Assembly: GCA_030390025.1 (NCBI GenBank)
Contig: CM059432.1
Location: 15,192,001 to 15,256,000, forward strand
DNA from: Squalus acanthias
Taxonomy: Eukaryota
Direction: 5' to 3'
Length of the DNA: 64,000 nt
Below the pieces are notes generated by a model. That model ran no database searches. It saw nothing but the letters and a program-made list of their open reading frames with translations, and was not told the DNA's origin. Position 1 is the stretch's first letter, and every line of letters begins with the position of its first letter. The position numbers and the translations under genes are program-made. Of the stretch, positions 12,120 to 25,063 are shown piece by piece.

Positions 12120-12269
12120 CTGTTTCTCTCTCCACGGATGCTGCCTGGCCTGCTGAGTTTTTCCAGCGTTTTCTGTTGTTATTTCGGATTTCCAGCATCT
12201 GCAGTATTTTGCTATCGTAGTTAAGGATGAAGTTAAGAGAGTTTTGGTGGGCTTGATACTCAACATGTC

Positions 12270-12670
12270 CAATTTCCGTGGAGCAGCAATCAACAAGGCT
12301 AATAGAATGCTAAACAGAGCCAAGATAATAGAGTACAAGTCAAAAGAGGTCCTGCTCAAACTGTATACGTGGTGGTGAGACCCCACCTTGAGTACTGACA
12401 CGAGTTCTGGCTGCCGAGATTTAAGAGAGACATTCAAGATATAGCTGGAAAATCATTTCCAAATAAACCGTGAGAGTAGGACAAGGGGACACAGATTCAA
12501 ATTATTAAAGGAATTATTTAGGACTGATGTCAGGAAGTTCTTTTGCACACAAAGAGTGACCAACACATGGACTATGGAATCATTTAAGAAGCAGTTAGAT
12601 GCTGTGATGGGATCATTGCAAGGTCTTTCTGGATGGGTTGCCTAGATAGGCAGAATGGCCTTCCTCAATT
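12270..12670 (+). mobile_element. Old degenerate CR1 3' fragment
   Basis: Remnants of KANRML, EYKSKEVLL.LY..VRPHLEY and TRGH motifs with many indels. Confidence 0.65.
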
Positions 12671-12904
12671 GTATCTGGCTTGTAGTCTTGTGTTCAGCAC
12701 CTTATATTATAGGGTGTTATGTTTTAGAGTGTTTAACGCTTATTTTTTATTCTGTATACTTTTGGCTTCTGAGCTTTAGACTGCTCTTGTGGGTGAGCCC
12801 TCAATCCCTGAAACATCATAGACCTGCAAACATTTGCAACTTAATATGGATATTTAGTATTTTACTTTAATCTTGTTAATATGACTACAACTGAATAGGG
12901 AGTG

Positions 12905-13802
12905 TTTTTTTTAAATTCGTTTATGGGATGTGGGCGTCGCTGGCAAGGCCAGCATTTATTGCCCATCCCTAATTGCCCTTGAGAAGGTGGTGGTGAGCCG
13001 CCTTGAACCGCTGCAATCCGTGTGGTGAAGGTACTCCCACAGTGCTGTTAGGGAGGGAGTTCCAGGATTTTGACCCAGCGACGATGAAGGATCAGCAATA
13101 TACTTCTAAGTCAGGATGGTGTGTGACTTGGAGGGGAACTTGGAGGTGGTGGTGTTCCCATGCGCCTGCTGCCCTTGTCCTTCTAGGTGGAAGAGGTCGC
13201 TGGTTTGGCAGGTGCTGCCAAAGAAACCTTGGCAAGTTGCTGCAGTGCATCTTAAGATGGTACACACTGCAGTCACGGTACGCCGGTGGTGGAGGCAGTG
13301 AATGTTTAAGGTGGTGGATGGGGTACCAATCAAGCGGACTGCTTTGTCCTCGATGGTGTCGAGCTTCTTGAGTGTTGTTGGAGCTGCACTCATCCAGGCA
13401 AGTGGAAAGTATTCCATCACACTCCTTACTTGTGCCTCGTAGATGATGGAAAGGCTTTGGGGAGTCAGGAGGTGAAACACTCACCGCAGAATACCTAGCC
13501 TCTGACCTGCTCTTGTTGCCACAGTATTTGTGTGGCTGGTCCAGTTAAGTTTCTGGTCAGTGGTGACCCCCAGGATGTTGATGGTGGGGGATTCGGCGAT
13601 GGTAATGTCGTTGAATGTCAAGGGGCGGTGGTTAGACTCTCACTTGTTGGAGATAGCCATTGCCTGGCTCTTGTGTGGCGTGAATGTTACCTGCCCTTAT
13701 CAGCCCAAGCCTGAACGTCGTCCAGGTCTTGTTGCATGCGGGTATGGACTGCTTCATTATCTGTGGAGTTGTGAATGGCACTGAACACTGTGTAGTCATC
13801 AG
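12905..13802 (-). mobile_element. Non-LTR retrotransposon 3' fragment (CR1/L2-related family, distinct from the main CR1s)
   Basis: Encodes YEAQVRSVMEY.PLAW...LD.IEDKA.RLI; near-identical to 36972-37870; A-rich tail. Confidence 0.85.
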
Positions 13803-14252
13803 TTTGATGGTAACACGGAGGGCAGAGTCAGAAACAGTCTTCAATAAATAGTCACTAAGTATTGTACCTTGCCCGCTGGTGCAGAAAAATTGCTGTATGA
13901 CTAACAGCTTAGAAAAGTATTTACTTTTTTTCCCCTTCACCTCTCCTTGGTCTCCTTGTAATACACAACATCCATGAGTAAGAGGATGGGTCGGCAACCC
14001 TTCAGTAAGTATTCCCTCCTCCTGACACAGTAATTTAAAGACCTTTAATTGAATGTGGCTCAGTCATCACCAACTGAGAGCAGCAGTCAGTGGTAATGAG
14101 TGTTTGTACGGCCACTGATACAGCAGTCTGCAATACTCCTGGCATTGACATATTTATTGAGGGCACTTTGCAATTTATATTCAATTGCAGTATTTCAATG
14201 CCACATTTGACAATTTTGAATAAGATTTTTCCTCGTTTCCATAGACGCATTT

Positions 14253-15630
14253 AGAACATAAGAACATAAGAAATAACAGCAGGAGTAGGCCATACGGCCC
14301 CTCGAGCCTGCTCCACCATTCAATAAGATCATGACTGATCATCGACCTCAACTCCACTTTCCTGCCCAATCTCCATATCCCTTGATTCCCCATGAGTCCA
14401 AATATCTATCTATCTCAGCCTCGAATATACTCAAAGACTCAGCATTCACAGCCCTCTGGGGTAGAGAATTCCAAGATTCACAACCCTCTGAGTGAAGAAA
14501 TTCCTCCTCATCTCCGTCTTAAATGGCCTACCCCTTATCCTGAGACTATGCCCCCTAGTTCTAGACACTCCAGCCAGGGGAAACAACCTCTCAGCATCTA
14601 CCCTGTCAATCCCCTTCAGAATCTTGTATGTTTCAATGAGATCACCTCTCATTCTTCTAAACTCCAGAGAGTATAGGCCCATTCTACACCATCTCTCATC
14701 ATAGGACAGCCCTCTCATCCCAGGAATTAATCTAGTGAACCTTTGTTGCACCGCCTCCAAGGCAAGTATATCCTTCCTTAGATAAGGAGACCAAAACTGT
14801 GCACAGTACTCCAGGTGTGGTCTCACCAAGGCCCTGGATAATTGTAGCAAGACTTCCTTACTCTTATACTCCAACCCCCTTGCAATAAAGGCCAACATGC
14901 CATTTGCCTTCCTTATTGCTTGCTGTACCTGCATGCTAGCTTTCTGTGTTTCTTGCACGAGGACACCCAAATCTCTCTGAACACCAACATTTGTAAGTTT
15001 CTCACCATTTAAAAAATATTCTGTTTTTCTATTCTTCCTACCAAAGTGAATAACCTCACATTTCCCTACATTATACTCCATCTGCTACCTTACTGCCCAC
15101 TCACTTAGTCTATCTATATCCCTTTGCAGAATCTTTGTGTTCTCCTCACAGTTTACTGTCCCACCTAGCTTTGTATCATCAGCAAACTTGGATACATTAC
15201 ACTCGGTCCCTTTATCTAGGTCATTTATAGATTGTAAATAGCTGAGGCCCCAACACTGATCCTTGCGGCACCCCACTAGTTACAGCCTGCCAACCTGAAA
15301 AAGATCAGTTTATCCCTACTCTCTGTTTTCTGCCTGTTAACCAATCCTCTATCCATGCTACTATATTACCCCCAACCCCATGAGCCCTAATCTTGTGTAA
15401 TAATCTTTTATGTGGCACCTTATCGAATGCCTTTTGGAAATCCAAATATACTACATCCACTGGTTCCCCTTTATCTACCCTGCTAGTTACATCCTCAAAA
15501 AACTCCAATAAATTTGTCAAACACGATTTCCCTTTCATAAAACCATGTTGACTCTGCCTAATCATGTTATGATTTTCTAAGTGACTTTGATACCAATTCC
15601 TTAATGATGGATTCCAGCATTTTCCCGATG
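14253..15630 (-). mobile_element. CR1 LINE, 5'-truncated, RT domain to 3' tail
   Basis: [44 protein letters not shown]; tail agaacataagaacataag. Confidence 0.95.
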
Positions 15631-15635
15631 AGGAA

Positions 15636-15773
15636 AGCTAGATAAGCACATGAGGGAGAAAGGAATAGAGAAGTATACTGATAGGGTTACATGAAGAGAT
15701 GTGGGAGGAGACTCGTGTGGAGCATAAACACCGGCATAGACTAGTTGGGCCAAATGGCCTGTTTCTGTGCTGC
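15636..15773 (+). mobile_element. CR1 3' UTR fragment
   Basis: Reverse complement of the tail type seen at 46420-46560 and 58085-58220. Confidence 0.7.
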
Positions 15774-16100
15774 AGACGAGATGTGAGCCAATGTTTCCTT
15801 TGTATTATTCTGCATTCAACCACATGGAGGTGCACAAGAACACTACTTGCAGCGGTCAGATTGCCACAAAAACAAGGAAAGAGCTATAACAGCAGCACCC
15901 GGTCTATAGCTGGTAAAAAAAAAGGACATCGCTTCTGCCCCACTTTTCCATTGATCAGCAGAGGTGAGGCGCATTCAGATCACAGAACACAACAAAATCA
16001 ACTCACTGAATAGACTGATAGTGAAAATCCCAAATCATTTCCCGTCTAACTCATTGTGTTCATGTCTGTTAACCAAATAATTGGGGCAGTTTACTCTGTT

Positions 16101-17379
16101 AACAACAACAACTTGTATTTATATAGCGCCTTTAACGTAGTAAAATGTCCCAAGGTGCTTCACAGGAGTGTTAAAATTTTTAAAATGTGACACCGAGTCA
16201 CCAGGGCAGGTAACCAAAAGCTTGGTCAAAGAGGTAGGTTTTAAGGAGCGTCTTAAAGGAGCAAAGAGAGGTAGCAAGGCGGAGAGGTTTAGGCAGGGCC
16301 TAGGCAACCGAAGGCATGGCCACCAAAGGTTGAGCGATTATAATCAGGGATGCTCAAGAGGGCAGAATTAGAGGAGCGCAGATATCTCGGGGGGGGGTTG
16401 TGGGGTGGGGGGGGGTGGTGGTTGGAGGAGATTACACAGATAGGGAGGGGAGAGGCCATGGAGGGATTTGAAAACGAGGATGAGAATTTTGAAATTGAGG
16501 CGATGCTTAACCAGGAGCCAATGTAAGTCAGCGAGCACAGGGGTGATGGGAGAACGGGACTTGGTGTGAGTTAGGACACAGGCAGCCGAGTTTTGGACGA
16601 CCAAGTTTACGTAGGGTGGAATGTGGGAGGCCAGCCAGGAGTACGTTGGAATAGTCAAGTCTAGAGGTAACAAAGGCATTGATAAGGGTTTCAGCAGCGG
16701 ATGAGCTGAGGCAAGGGTGGAGACGGGCGATGTTACGGAGGTGGAAATTGGCGGTCTTAGTTATGCTGCGGATATGTGGTCGGAAGTTCATCTCAGGGTC
16801 AAATATGACACCAAGGTTGCGAACAGTGTGGTTCAGCCTCAGACAGATGTTAGGGAGAGGGATGGAGTCAGTGGCTAGGGAACGGAGTTTGTGGCGGGGA
16901 CCGAAAACAATGGCTTCGGTCTTCCCAATATTTAATTGGAAATAATTCCGCTCATCCAGACAAGCAGTCTGACAATTTAGAGACCGTGGAGGGGTCTAGA
17001 GAAGTGGTGGTGAGGTAGAGCTTGGTTTTGTCAGCGTACATGTGGAAACTGACGCTGTATTTTCGGATGATGTCGCCAAGGGGCAGCTTGTAGATGAGAA
17101 ATAGGAGGGGGGCCAAGGATGACGGTGGAGATGCGTTGGAGGAGGATAGTGTGGTCAACTGTATCAAAGGCTGCAGACAAGTCAAGAAGGACGGGGAGGG
17201 ATAGTTTACCTTTGTCACAGTCACAAAGGATGTCATTTGTGACTTTGATGAGAGCCGTCTCGGTTCTGTGGCAGGGGCGGAAACCTGATTGGACGGATTC
17301 AAAGATGGAGTTGCGGGAAAGATGGACACGGATTTGCGAGGCGACAACACGTTTAAGGACTTTGGAGAGGAAAGGGATG
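16101..17379 (-). mobile_element. L2 LINE 3' fragment with internal deletions
   Basis: FHMYAD.T.LY, LINAFVTSRLDYSN.LLAGLP, PITPVLADLHWL; tail ggcgctatataaatacaagttgttgttgtt. Confidence 0.92.
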
Positions 17380-18189
17380 TTAAATGGTTATTCTTTCCCC
17401 AGATTGACCATTTCCATCAGGTGCACAGCGCAAACTGCAGTCGCCTGTTGAAGGACTTCTGTTATTCCACAATTTCCCAAATTGCAGCAAATTGAAAGCA
17501 ACAAAAACAAGCCAGCAGCACCTACTTGCTCATCAGCAGATGGAACCAGAGTTACCTTGCTTCATGATGTGGCGCCTCTAAAGGTTGTTCATGAAAGAAA
17601 CTCTCTGCTCTGTGCTTCCCTTCCCACTGTAAATGGGACTCTAATCAACTCACACAGCAGGCACACAAACACTCAACTGCTTCTTGGAATGGACAGAAAA
17701 AAAATTACAACTGCATATGTTAGCTGAAAGTGTGTTAATAGGCCATAACCCAGTTCTCGCACAATTTAAAAAATCATCCAGAATCTTTGATTGCGTTCTT
17801 GCCAGATTGCACATTTTTCAAGCTGTTATTCAATGCTTAAGAAAGGTTGGTTAAAAGAACAGTTACATCTGCAAATGTAGCATTGCCATGTTTCATGTTA
17901 AGCAGCCAATGCACAGAGAATGACAGACAGCACAGAATGGGCTATACGTATTGGAGGGGAGGGCTTGGGTGATGCCAAACAATGAGAGGATGGAGTTCAG
18001 GAAGAAGATGTAGGTCATCGGAATTCTGAGAGGTCTTTAAACTTCTCAACATATCCAAGGCACTATGTTCTTTCCAACGTTCTCCCTATCTGAAGGTACT
18101 CTGTCATGCTCGGCTCCGTTCCACAGAGGCCATCAGTTCTTCAGTACCTCACGCAGATGGCCATTCTTTGTGTGCAAGCTTTTTCACTG

Positions 18190-18340
18190 TGAGATTTTTG
18201 CAAGATAAGGGAGTGAAGGGTTATGGGGAGTGGGCAGGGAAGTGGCTTTGAGCCCAAGATCAACCATGATCTTCTTGAATGGCGGAGCAGGCTCGAGGGG
18301 CCAAGTGGCTTATTCCTGCTCCTATTTCTTATGTTCTTAG
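18190..18340 (+). mobile_element. CR1 3' UTR fragment
   Basis: gaatggcggagcaggctcgaggggcc...cctatttcttatgttctta, same as the tail at 55400-55478. Confidence 0.8.
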
Positions 18341-18678
18341 GGTCGGCAGGCTGTTCGACTGCAGAGAAGTAGAATAGCTCAGCCGAGCCTGATCATGGCA
18401 CATAAATAGTTTCCATCAGGGGTAGTGGACAGCAAACAGGAGCGAGAACGCTGGTTGATTTTTTTTTTCTCCCCTTCTCACCCAGGTAAGTCAAGTTTAG
18501 CACTCTTACTTTGAGATCTGTGACCTCAGAACAGACCAGGTTATATACTCAGTATATAAAATGCAATTTATCAAACTTCTCTACAATTTAATGATGGATC
18601 GGAAAAAAGATTGCTCTATAGTTGTCAACATATTGAGAAATTCCAGTAAAATAGAAATGAATATTGAATTTACAGTAC

Positions 18679-18950
18679 CTGATACAAATTTGGCCAGAAA
18701 GTACTTATGGCCAACTCTGCTCTGTTCCAGCTTCTTGTCATCATTCCAGACACATTCCAGATTGGGTTCCCAAGAGGTCCATCATTGACCTTCACATAAA
18801 CATTTAGTAACCCAGGGTTGGCCCCTTCCTTGCCGGATAAAAAGTAATGGAAATCGATGCAGTGTGTGTCATTCTCTTTCAGTTTCGACAGCAGAAGATG
18901 TGCTTTTTGTCCTGCCTGACGTCCGGAGGTGTTAACCATCATAAAGGATC
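18679..18950 (-). CDS. PTPRM: Internal coding exon (272 bp, phase 1 to phase 0) of a type IIB receptor protein tyrosine phosphatase, MAM domain; best match PTPRM (RPTP-mu)
   Basis: Translates [91 protein letters not shown]. Canonical acceptor (ccacctcttgtacgcag|G) and donor (CAG|gtactg) on the minus strand. From recalled sequences, [20 protein letters not shown] and [18 protein letters not shown] fit PTPRM better than PTPRK/PTPRT/PTPRU. Confidence 0.9.
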
Positions 18951-19892
18951 CTGCGTACAAGAGGTGGAATTTGAAGCTCGTTAGAGACTGGAGTCGATAA
19001 ATCAAATCGGCATCAAGAGCAAATAAATTGATACAAAATTTGTCAGAAGCCAAAGATAAATAATCACCCCACATGGAAAAGCAACAGATTACTTTGTGCG
19101 TGCAAGTCCACGAAAGTTGTTTACAGTGATGCACTGACACTGGATCAATGTGCTCAGCCCAATACCAACAGCACCTTTTCTCCCTTCTCTCCTGAAGGCA
19201 TTAACTCTTGCTGGGCTGTAATTCGATGGGTACGGGCAGCCCAGACAGTCACCAGATTGGATTTTTAGTCGCAAATGAAATTCATATATAATCAGCACAT
19301 ATCGCTGATTCTTATTAAGGACAAGCTCAATTTAATAAATAAAAAAACTTTCCCAGAATGCGCTTATCAGGAATTCACTACCCTCAATTACTAATTGAGC
19401 ATGCAAATGGAGATAAATTGTTTCTAGCCCGAGTGTTCTTAAGTGGAGTGTTAGGAATACGAACAGGAAAGCTCTTCTTAAAGAATCAATTTTATGCTCA
19501 GAACTCCATTTTGTAGTTAAAAAACAGTTTGCAAAATCTGTTGAAATAAACAATATCCGTAGAATATCAACAAATGAACTCAAATCTCCAAGTCTGTACC
19601 GATTGACGTCATGCAAGATAGCCTTGGGTATTTCTAATCTTCTAATAAATATATCTGTCTGTATGGCGACCATATGTTTACCCTTCCTGTACTTGTAATG
19701 ACAGCTTTTGCTATGAGACCCACTTTCTACAATGCTGAGTTGATGCAAGTTAGCTGTAAAACCAAGAGTGAAGGTCATGGAGGAGGTGCTGTAATGGCTT
19801 TTTAGTGGAAGATAAAAAGCAAGACAATTGTAACCTAGTTAGAGAAGAAACAGAAGGCTAATCACCCGGCAACTGTAATGTGAGGTCTCCCG

Positions 19893-20362
19893 AAAAAAAG
19901 AAAAACTTGCATTTATATAGCGCCTTTCATGACCAACGGACGTCTCAAAGCGCTTTACAGCCAATGAAGTACTTTTGAAGTGTAGTCACTGTTGTAATGT
20001 GGGAAACGCAGCAGCCAATTTGCGCACAGCAAGCTCCCACAAACCGCAATGTGATAATGACCAGATAATCTGTTTTCGTTATGTTGATTGAGGGATAAAT
20101 ATTGGCCAGGACACTGGGGATAACTCCCCTGCTCTTCTTCGAAATAGTGCCTTGGGATCTTTTACGTCCACCTGAGAGGGCAGACGCGGCGTCAGTTTAA
20201 CGTCTCATCCGAAAGACGGCACCTCCAACAGTGCAGCACTCCTCAGCACTGCACTGGAGTGTCAGCCTAGATTTTTGTGCTCAAGTCTCTGGAGTGGGAC
20301 TTTGAACAAACAACCTTCTGACTCAGAGGCGAGTGTGCTACCCACTGAGCCACAGCTAACAC
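19893..20362 (-). mobile_element. Full-length DeuSINE (SacSINE1-like; tRNA head, Deu core, L2-type tail)
   Basis: Minus strand starts agctgtggctcagtgggtagcac (A box) with gttcaaagtccc (B box) and ends ggcgctatataaatgcaagt. Confidence 0.9.
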
Positions 20363-21199
20363 AGGAATAGAAACCCTTACCGATTGTCGAGATCCCACAA
20401 CCACCCCATCTGAGATCAGCCAATTCACAGGCCAGGAATCAAAACTTAAACCTTTCTGGACACTAGAGCTCAGTCACACACCAGAGATGAAGATTCCAAT
20501 TGAATGTGAATCTATCACCATGTTTCTATTGGGGTTAATTAAGCAGTTTTGGCAACGTGCTGGCATGCAATGAGCAAGTACAGCTGACCTTGCCTCAGTT
20601 AACAAGTTCAAATAAACTAAATAGATTCCCTGTCCACATTGGTTCAGGGATACTTAGCATCATTGTAGGAGCACCATCACCACAAGGCCTGCAGTGGTTC
20701 AAAGAGAAGGCACACCAGCACCTTCTCAGAGCAACCAGGAATGGACAATAAATGCTGGCCTTGTCAGCATCACCCACAATCTGAGAACAAATAAAGAAGA
20801 TGTACTGTTGTAGCTATACAAATTTTACTAGAGTTAGTATGTTGTTTTGAGTGCCCTACTTTAGGAAGGATGTCAAGGTCATTGAGATGGTGCAGAAGAG
20901 ATTTATTAAAATACCAGGGATGAGAGGTTTTAGTTATTCGTAGTTCGGAGAGAAACTGGATTGTTTTGAGTGCTGTAAAATTCTATGAATAACATGGTGA
21001 AGATTTCTGCAATACATGACAGAATGAACAGTTCAATTATTACTGTTTTCTGTATTGATATATACTGTATGGATCTTGTTGGATTGCACTACAATAGGAA
21101 TACTTTCTAATTGTCATTAATATCGATGTGAGTTTTCTAAATTCAAGTCTTCTATCTCTGTGAGTTCAGTTTTTGAAAGCAAGCAATACGTAGCTGATG

Positions 21200-21642
21200 T
21201 TAGCTATGAGGAAAGACTGGATAGGCTGGGTCTGTTTTCCTTGGAACAGAGAAGGCTGAGGAGAGACCTTATTGAGGTGTATAAAATTGTGAGGGGCATA
21301 GATAAAGTGGATAGAAAGACCTATTTCCCTTAGCAGAGGGGTCAAAAACCAGGGGGCACAGATTTAAAGTAAGTGATGGAAGATTTAGAGGGGATTTGAG
21401 GGGAAATTTCTTCACCCAGAGGGTTGTGGGGGTCTGGAACTCACTGCCTGAAAGGGTGGTAGAGGCAGGAACCCTAACCACATTTAAAAAGTACTTGGAT
21501 GTGCACTTGGGATGCTCTAACCTGCAGGGCTATGGACCAAGAGCTGGGAAGTGGGACTAGGCTGGATAGCTCTTTGTTGCCGGTGCAGATACGATGGGCC
21601 GAAATGGCCTCCTTCCGTGCTGTAACTTTCTATGATTCTATG
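21200..21642 (+). mobile_element. CR1 3' fragment
   Basis: Reverse complement of about 33976-34410; SYEERLDRLGLFSLEQRRLR; tail ttctatgattctatg. Confidence 0.9.
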
Positions 21643-22099
21643 CATATATTTATTTAAAGCTGCACTTCCTTCCCAATGCAATTCCCACCAAATCCAAGAG
21701 CTCCTAGACCAAAATAACTTCACCTTGCAACATCAGTTCATCTTCTGAGCTACCCTAATAGAAGGTTTGTTACCTTGGCAGAAAAACAATTGGCTTTTAT
21801 TTACCCTGGAAGCTGTCACTAAATCCTCTAGGGGAGGGAAAGGGGATTGGCATATATGCTAGCCACAGCCAGAAACCTGCACTTTAAGTAAATTCTGGCG
21901 TTATAAGAAAATGATAATGTTGTAACTTCCTTTTCTCATTTATGAAGCTTGCTGGAAATGAAAATGTCAAAGTAGTGACAAAAATTCATAGAAACATAGA
22001 AGATAGGAGCAGGAGTAGGCCATTCGGCCCCTCGAGCCTGCTCCGCCATTCAATGCGATCATGGCTGATCATCCAAATTCAGTACCATGTCCCTGCTTT

Positions 22100-24900
22100 C
22101 TCCCCATATCCCTTGATCCCCTTAGCCTTAAGAAATATATCTAACTCCTTCTTGAATATATTTAATGAATTGGCCTCAACTGCCTTCTGTGGTAGAGAAT
22201 TCCACAGGTTCACCACTCTCTGGGTGAAGAGATTCCTCCTCATCTCAGTCCTAAATGGCTTACCCCTTATACTTAGACTGTGACCACTGGTTCAAGACTC
22301 CCCCGCCATCGGGAACAGCCTTCCTGCATCTAGTCTGTCTAGTCCTTTCAGAATTTTATAAGTTTCAATGAGATCCCCTCTCATTCTTCTAAACTCTAGC
22401 GAATATAAGCCTAATCGACCCAATCTCTCTTCATACGTCATTCCTGCCATCCCAGGTATCAATCTGGTGAATCTTCGCTGCACTCCCTCCATGGCAAGAA
22501 CATCCTTCCTCAGATAAGGCGACCAAAACTGCACACAATACTAAAGGTTTGGTCTCACCAAGGCCCTGTACAACTGCAGCAAGACATCCTTGCTCCTGTA
22601 TTCGAATCCTCTCGCTATGAAGGCCAACATACCATTTGCCTTCTTAACCGCCTGCTGCACCTGCATGCTTACCTTCAGCGACTGGTGCACAAGGACACCC
22701 AGGTCTTGTTGCACTTCCCCTTTTCCCAATCTATTGCCGTTCTGATAATAATCTGTCTTCCTGTTTTTGCCACCAAAGTGGATAACCTCGCATTTATCCA
22801 CATTATACTGCATCTGCCATGCATTTGCCCAATCACCCAACCTGTCCAAATCATACTGGAGTTTCTCTGCATCCTCCTCACAGCACACACGCCCACCCAG
22901 CTTTGTGTCGTCTGCAAACTTGGAGATATTACATCTAGTTCCCTCGTCTAGATCATTAATATATATTGTGAATAACTGGGGTCCTAGCACCGATCCCTGC
23001 GGTACCCCACTAGTCACTGCCTGCCACTCGGAAAAAGACCCGTTTATTCCAACTCTTTGCTTCCTGTCTGCCAACCAGTTTTCTATCCAATTCAGTACCT
23101 TACCCCCAATCCTATGTGCTTTAACTTTGCACGCTAATCTCTTATGCGGGACCTTATCGAAAGCCTTCTGAAAGTCCAAGGACACCACATCCACTGGTTC
23201 TCCCTTATCTATTCTACCAGTTACATCCTCAAAACATTCCAGTAGATTAGTCAAGCATGATTTACCTTTTGTAAATCCATGTTGACTTTGTCCGATCCTG
23301 TCACTGTTTTCCAAGTGCTCTGCTATTACATCTTTTATAATGGCCTCTAGCATTTTCCCCACTACCGATGTCAGGCTTACCGGTCTATAATTCCCCGTTT
23401 TCTCTCTCCAACCTTTTTTATATCGTGGGGTTACATTAGCTACCCTCCAATCCATGGGAACCGTTCCAGAGTCTATAGAATTTTGGAAGATGACCAGCAA
23501 TGCATCTACTATTTCTAGGGCCACTTCCTTAAGTACCCTAGGATGTAGATTATCAGGCCCTGGGGATTTATCGGCCTTCAATCCCGTCAATTTCCCGAAC
23601 ACCATTTCCCTACAAATACTGATTTCATTCAGTTCCTCCATCTCATTAGACCCTATGTTCCCCGACATCTCTGGGAGTTTATTTGTGTCCTCCTTTGTGA
23701 AGACAGAACCAAAGTATGTATTTAATTGGTCTGCATTTCTTTGTTCCCCATTATAAATTCCCCTGATTCTGACTGCAAGGGACCTACGCTTGACTTCACC
23801 AATCTTTTTCTCTTCACATATCTATGGAAGCTTTTACAGTCAGTTTTTATGTTCCCTGCAAGCTTACTCTCATACTCTATTTTCCCCCTCTTAATTAATC
23901 CCTTTGTCCTCCTTTGCTGAATCTTAAACTGCTCCCAATCCTCAGGTTTGCTGCTTTTTCTGGCCAATTTATATGTCCTCTCCTTGGATCTTATGCTATC
24001 CCTAATTTCCCTTGTTAGCCATGGTTGAGTCACCTTTTTTGTTTTATTTTTATGCCAAACAGGGATGAACAAATTCTGTAATTCATCCAGGCGATCTTTA
24101 AATGTTTGCCATTGTCTATCCACCGTCAACCCTTTAAGTAACATTCCCAATCCATCCTAGCCAACTCGCGCCTCATACCATCATAGTTTCCTTTATTTAA
24201 ATTCAGTACCCTAGTCTCTGAGTCAACTATTACTTCACTCTCCATCTTAATGAAGAATTCTATCATATTATGATTGCTCCTCCCCAAGGGGCCTCGCACA
24301 ACAAGATTGCTAATTAATCCTTTCTCATTACATAATACCCAGTCTAAGATGGCCTGATCTCTAGTTGGTTCCTCGACATATTGGTCAATGAAACCATCCC
24401 GTATGCACTCTAGGAATTCCTCTTCCACAGTATTGTTACTAATTTGGTTAGCCCAATCTATATGTAGATTAAAGTCACCCATGATAACTGCTGTGCCCTT
24501 ATTGCACGCATCTCTAATTTCCCGTTTAATGCCATCCCCAACCTCAGCATTACTGTTTGGGGGTCTGTATACAACTCTCACTAACGTTTTCTGCCCCTTG
24601 GTATTTCTCAGCTCTACCCATACAGATTCCACATCATCAGAGCTAATATCCTTCCTTACTATTGTGTTAATCTCCTCTTTAACCAGCAATGCTACCCCAC
24701 CTCCTTTTCCTTTTTGCCTGTCCTTCCTGAATATTGAATACCCCTGGATGTTGAATTCCCAGCCTTGGTCACCCTGGAGCCATGTCTCCGTAATCCCAAT
24801 TATATCATATCCATTTACATCTATTTGCGCAGCTAATTCATCCACCTTATTACGAATGCTCCTCGCATTAAGACACAAAGCCTTCAGGCTTGTTTTTTTA
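22100..24900 (-). pseudogene. CR1 ORF2p: APE endonuclease plus reverse transcriptase, split by frameshifts
   Basis: [71 protein letters not shown]. Confidence 0.93.
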
Positions 24901-25063
24901 ACACTCTTAGACCTATTAGAATTATTGTTTACTATGGCCATGTTTGATTTACACCCTTGATTTCTCTGACTTCCACTTTTGCTTTTCTCCTTCCTGTCTT
25001 TTGCTTCTATCCTTGCTTCCCTTTCCTCTGTCTCCCTGCACAGGTTCCCAACCCCCTGCCATT

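Larger units (their letters stand above)
11527..12217 (+). mobile_element. 5'-truncated Penelope-like retroelement (family A): GIY-YIG endonuclease remnant plus pLTR with hammerhead
   Basis: 12-bp TSD tagttaaggatg (11515-11526, 12218-12229); GIY-YIG coding remnant; hammerhead at 12083-12119. Confidence 0.9.

Noticed and set aside
18951..19140. N-terminal 60 or so codons of ORF 18670-19140
   Set aside because: Intronic read-through upstream of the splice acceptor; no MAM similarity.
19332..19778. 148-aa minus-strand ORF near the exon
   Set aside because: No recognisable motif and not PTPRM-like; probably a chance ORF.
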